DNA of 64,000 nt from an uncultured Gemmatimonadales bacterium (lineage in GTDB: Bacteria; Gemmatimonadota; Gemmatimonadetes; Longimicrobiales; RSA9): contig CAWCRS010000005.1 in the NCBI GenBank assembly GCA_963798085.1, positions 288,001-352,000 on the forward strand. Reading direction: 5' to 3'. Shown piece after piece: positions 60,730 to 64,000 of the stretch (positions within the stretch are counted from its first letter, which is position 1; each line of letters starts with the position of its first letter). The notes under the pieces are model-generated. The model saw nothing but the letters and a program-made list of their open reading frames with translations. It ran no database searches and had not been told where the DNA came from. Both the position numbers and the translations under genes were made by a program.

Positions 60730-61725
60730 TCAGCCGTGCGGTTCCAGCTGGATTGCCGCGCGTATGCGGCCCACCGTTTCGCCGCGCGTGTTCCCGATGG
60801 ACGGTTCCGCGAACGCGGCCAGCTCCGCCATCTCATCGTCGGACAACAGGCTCAGCGCGCGCAGCACAGCCAGAATCGCGGGCTCCGCCGCTCTCGCGGC
60901 GCCGTCCTCCACCTTGAGCGCTATGCCCAGCTCCGCGCCCGGCACCGCCACGCAGTACACGCCTTCCGCGCCCGCCTTCGCCATCACGCGGCCGTCCGCG
61001 GCGCGCATGAGCAGGGTGCAGAGCCGGCCGGTGCCGGCCACATACTGCGGGAAGCTCATCATGGCGCCCACCACGGCGGAAGCCGCCGTCTCGCCTCGCC
61101 GCGCCGCGCCGGCCAGCCGGCCGAACGCGCCGGCCAGGCGCGACAGTGGTAACGCGAATGTTACTACACCGCAGCCATCCACTCCCGTCGCGATCTCATC
61201 CGGCGTCAGCTCCGTCCACTCGCAGATTTCCTCCAGGATGCGCCGCTGCACCGGGTGCTCGGGCCGCTGGTAGCCGGCAATGGGCCAGCCGTGTCTGCAG
61301 GCGAGTGCCAGCATGCCCGTGTGCTTGCCGGAGCAGTTGTTGTGCACGCGCCCGAACGGCTGGCCTGCCTGCTGCAGCGCGCGCGCTGCGGGCGCGTAAT
61401 GGGGCGGGTGCGCACCGCACGCCAGCGCGCTTTCCTCGACACCGATCCTGCGCAGCAGGCCGCGCACGCACTCCACGTGTCGCTCTTCCCCGCTGTGCGA
61501 CGCACAGCATACCGCCAGTTCACGCGCATCGAATCCGAAATGCGTGGTGACACCGTCGCGCACGAGTGGCAGCGCCTGGATGGGCTTCACCGCCGAACGC
61601 GCAAACGCCACCAGTTCCGGATTGCCCGTACTCGCGCGCAGCCGCCCCTGCGCATCGACCACGGCGATGCTCACCTGATGCACCGATTCGATGGTGGCGC
61701 CCCGCCACACTTCCACGCGGCTCAT
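60730..61725 (-). CDS. L-asparaginase II (Rhizobium etli AnsA type)
   Basis: RSAVKPIQAL, CASHSGE, NNCSGKH, DGCG, KAGAEG, KVEDG. Confidence 0.9.
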   Translation of the reverse strand: MSRVEVWRGATIESVHQVSIAVVDAQGRLRASTGNPELVAFARSAVKPIQALPLVRDGVTTHFGFDARELAVCCASHSGEERHVECVRGLLRRIGVEESALACGAHPPHYAPAARALQQAGQPFGRVHNNCSGKHTGMLALACRHGWPIAGYQRPEHPVQRRILEEICEWTELTPDEIATGVDGCGVVTFALPLSRLAGAFGRLAGAARRGETAASAVVGAMMSFPQYVAGTGRLCTLLMRAADGRVMAKAGAEGVYCVAVPGAELGIALKVEDGAARAAEPAILAVLRALSLLSDDEMAELAAFAEPSIGNTRGETVGRIRAAIQLEPHG

Positions 61726-61868
61726 GCGCAGCCCTCCGCGCACCCATGAATCGAATCAGACACACTCGCCCGTTCCATGGCTTGAATGGCCTCCCCCACG
61801 TCGGTTCGCGCCAGTGTCCGTCAGACCAGCGAGTCGGCACCGCATTGCGCGTGCGTGTGCCCGGCCTC

Positions 61869-61905
61869 AAACGAAACAGAGGAAGGGTACTGAGTACCCC
61901 TCCTC
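61869..61905 (-). terminator. Intrinsic terminator downstream of ctpA
   Basis: Minus strand GAGGAGGGGTAC-TCA-GTACCCTTCCTC followed by TGTTTCGTTT. Confidence 0.7.
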
Positions 61906-61976
61906 CGATTCGATCGCCCGCGTGCGGAGCGATAGTACCACAGGCCACGTGCATCCCGGGCCTGCCCGGGTTGCAA

Positions 61977-63629
61977 TTACCTCTTGCCCGCTGCGCCACC
62001 CGCCGTCTTCATTGTGCCCTGCATCTGCGCAGCCAGCTGGAACAGCGCCTGCGGCGTGGAGGCCTTGTCCAGCAGATCAATGGCCGTACGCACCTGCCGG
62101 TCATCGCTGTTCTCGCGCTTGCGGCGCTCTTCCGTGCCCCACTTCGAGAACGTGATCTCGCTCGCCAGCTGGTAGCCAACCCAGCGGCTGCCGGCATCGA
62201 ATGTCGGCCGCTCCAGCGTGAAGCCCGCCGCGACCAGCGACTTGTAGAAGTCGTCCAGCATGGGCGCGGTGATCGGGAACCCCGGCTTCAACTCGGGATG
62301 CTGTTTGGCGTAGCGCACTCCGAACGAGAAGCGCGTCTCAATGAACTTCGGCCAGTTCTGGCGCTGCAGTGTCTCGATCAACGGGCGCTCCGTGAGCGTC
62401 GTCGTATCGGGCGCCACATTCAGGTCCGGCGCGATGCCGCCACCGCCGTAGACCACGCGGCCGGCATCCGTCTTGTACGCCATCTTCTTCGCCGAATCCC
62501 CCGCAGCACCCGGGTTCGTGCCATCATCGGCCGGCGCTTCCGCCAGCGGATGATCGTTGTCGTACGGGCGCTGAATGCTGCGACCTGACGGCGTGTACCA
62601 GCGTGCGGTCGTCAGCTTCAGCCAGTTGTTGCCCTGCAGCCGGAACACCTGCTGGACAGAGCCCTTGCCGTACGTCGGGCGGCCCACGATCAGCGCCCGA
62701 TCATGGTCCTGCAGCGCGCCCGCCACGATCTCCGTCGCCGATGCACTCTGCGGCCCCACCAGCACCACGATGGGGAGTCCCGGGAACTGATCCGGCACGT
62801 TCGCGCTCAGCTTCTGATTCTGATTGGGAAGGCGGCCCTTCGTCTCGACGATCGGCAGATCCCGATTGAGGAACAGGTCCGATACGCCTGCACCCTCGTC
62901 CAGCAGACCGCCTGAATTCAGGCGCATGTCCAGAACGATGCCCTTGGCGCCATGCTCGCGCAGGCTGTTGATCGCCTCACTGACTTCCTGCGACGACGTT
63001 TCGCTGAACACGTTCAGCTCGACGTAACCCACCGTCTTGTCGATCATGTAGGCGGCGGGCACGGAGCGCACGTGGATCTCTTCGCGCGTGATCTTGAACG
63101 GAATCGGCTGATCGACGCCCAGCCGCGCAATCTTGATGTCGACCGGTGTGCCTTTCTGTCCGCGCAGCTGCGCCACGGCCTGGTCTTCGGTCCAGTCGTG
63201 CGTGTTCTGGCCGTTCACCTCGACAATCGCGTCGCCAGCCTGCAGTCCTGCCCGCTCACCCGGTGTGCCGGGCAGCGGCGTGATCACAGTGACCCAGCCC
63301 GCGCGCTTCGCGATCGATACGCCGATCCCGGCGTACTCGCCCTGCGTCGTAATGCGCAGGTTCTCGTATTCCTTGGCGGGCATGAAGACCGTGTGCGGAT
63401 CGCCCAGCTCCTGCAACATGCCGTCGATCGCCATCTGGTACAGATCGGACGGCTGCTTCTCATCGACGAAGGCCTGCGACACGTATTGCAGTACCTGCTC
63501 GAAGAGCTGCGCGTTGCCGTAGACGTTGTTCTGTTCCTGGCCTGCGCCGCGCTGCAGGAACCAGCCGCCGGTCGCGAGTGCGACCGTCGCTACCAGCAAC
63601 GGCGCGAGAAAAGCCCGGTTGATCTTCAT
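61977..63629 (-). CDS. ctpA: S41-family C-terminal processing protease
   Basis: LGDPHT, PDZ, LDMRLNSGG, SASATEIVAGALQD, TYGKGSVQ, TPSGRSI, GGGIAPD. Confidence 0.95.
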   Translation of the reverse strand: MKINRAFLAPLLVATVALATGGWFLQRGAGQEQNNVYGNAQLFEQVLQYVSQAFVDEKQPSDLYQMAIDGMLQELGDPHTVFMPAKEYENLRITTQGEYAGIGVSIAKRAGWVTVITPLPGTPGERAGLQAGDAIVEVNGQNTHDWTEDQAVAQLRGQKGTPVDIKIARLGVDQPIPFKITREEIHVRSVPAAYMIDKTVGYVELNVFSETSSQEVSEAINSLREHGAKGIVLDMRLNSGGLLDEGAGVSDLFLNRDLPIVETKGRLPNQNQKLSANVPDQFPGLPIVVLVGPQSASATEIVAGALQDHDRALIVGRPTYGKGSVQQVFRLQGNNWLKLTTARWYTPSGRSIQRPYDNDHPLAEAPADDGTNPGAAGDSAKKMAYKTDAGRVVYGGGGIAPDLNVAPDTTTLTERPLIETLQRQNWPKFIETRFSFGVRYAKQHPELKPGFPITAPMLDDFYKSLVAAGFTLERPTFDAGSRWVGYQLASEITFSKWGTEERRKRENSDDRQVRTAIDLLDKASTPQALFQLAAQMQGTMKTAGGAAGKR

Positions 63630-63671
63630 CGGCCCTCCGTGACATCCTGGACTGCGGGAAAGGACAATCTA

Positions 63672-64000
63672 CTAACCCTGCCCTCTTGCGAAAGTTTCTG
63701 GAAATCTCTCTTGCAGGAGGCGGACCACGGCTGCGTGCAACTGGTCGGGCGGTAGCGTCCCATCCAGAGCTTCGACACCCGGTTCCGACCTCGTGAGTTC
63801 CTCGTATGCAGCGGCCACGCGGCGGTGGAATTCGCGGTCCTCGCGCTCGATCCTGTCGCGCGCGCCCCGCTCGGCCTGTCGCCCCATGGACACAATTTCC
63901 GGCACACGCAGCACCATCGTGAGATCGGCGCGCAACCCGCCCGTCGCGAAGGCGTTCGCGGCGCGCACCTGCTCCAGCGGCAGCTGCCGGCCGTATCCTT
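63672..64000 (-). CDS. tmk: Thymidylate kinase, 5'-truncated by the window edge
   Basis: YGRQL..ATGGLRADLT..DRIERE..FHRRV..Y. Confidence 0.88.
   Translation of the reverse strand, partial: GYGRQLPLEQVRAANAFATGGLRADLTMVLRVPEIVSMGRQAERGARDRIEREDREFHRRVAAAYEELTRSEPGVEALDGTLPPDQLHAAVVRLLQERFPETFARGQG

Overview
A high-GC (visually about 70%) bacterial chromosomal window. The gene content and order suggest Gemmatimonadota or a related phylum (inference only: PadR plus duplicated orphan permease, Minf_1886-like protein, and the rsbV/W/U-pta-coaD-rsmD-recJ-dnaG-mutS2 run). Bases 1-21 kb are an accessory and regulatory patchwork: receiver-domain proteins, sthA, a REC-HD-GYP protein, an ECF sigma/putative anti-sigma/PDZ/multi-TM module, a beta-barrel gene with a sigma54-type promoter, qor, a MarR-EmrB-TolC-EmrA efflux operon, PadR-ADOP permease, DinB and ilvE. 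Bases 21-64 kb are an almost uninterrupted minus-strand housekeeping run from tmk and ctpA through obg, dprA, hemW, hrcA, dnaJ, prmA, mutS2, dnaG, recJ, coaD, pta, rsbVWU, rsmA, rex, arcA, thiolase, bioY, hbd, an acyl-CoA dehydrogenase homolog, leucine dehydrogenase, glyA, nnr, thiL, plsC, eno and ftsB. Several genes, including normally essential ones (eno, ftsB, dnaG), carry single-base frameshifts that are most likely assembly errors. I found no rRNA, tRNA, CRISPR array, transposase or prophage. Most interesting: (1) a perfect Rex operator heading a rex-arcA operon with no arcB/arcC; (2) a membrane-anchored histidine pseudokinase with intact H-box and degenerate ATP-binding domain; (3) an ECF module with a stand-alone PDZ protein, an output-less membrane sensor domain and a duplicated promoter motif; (4) an acyl-CoA dehydrogenase homolog lacking the catalytic Glu; (5) an output-less REC-REC-GAF-PAS protein; (6) two structured intergenic elements.
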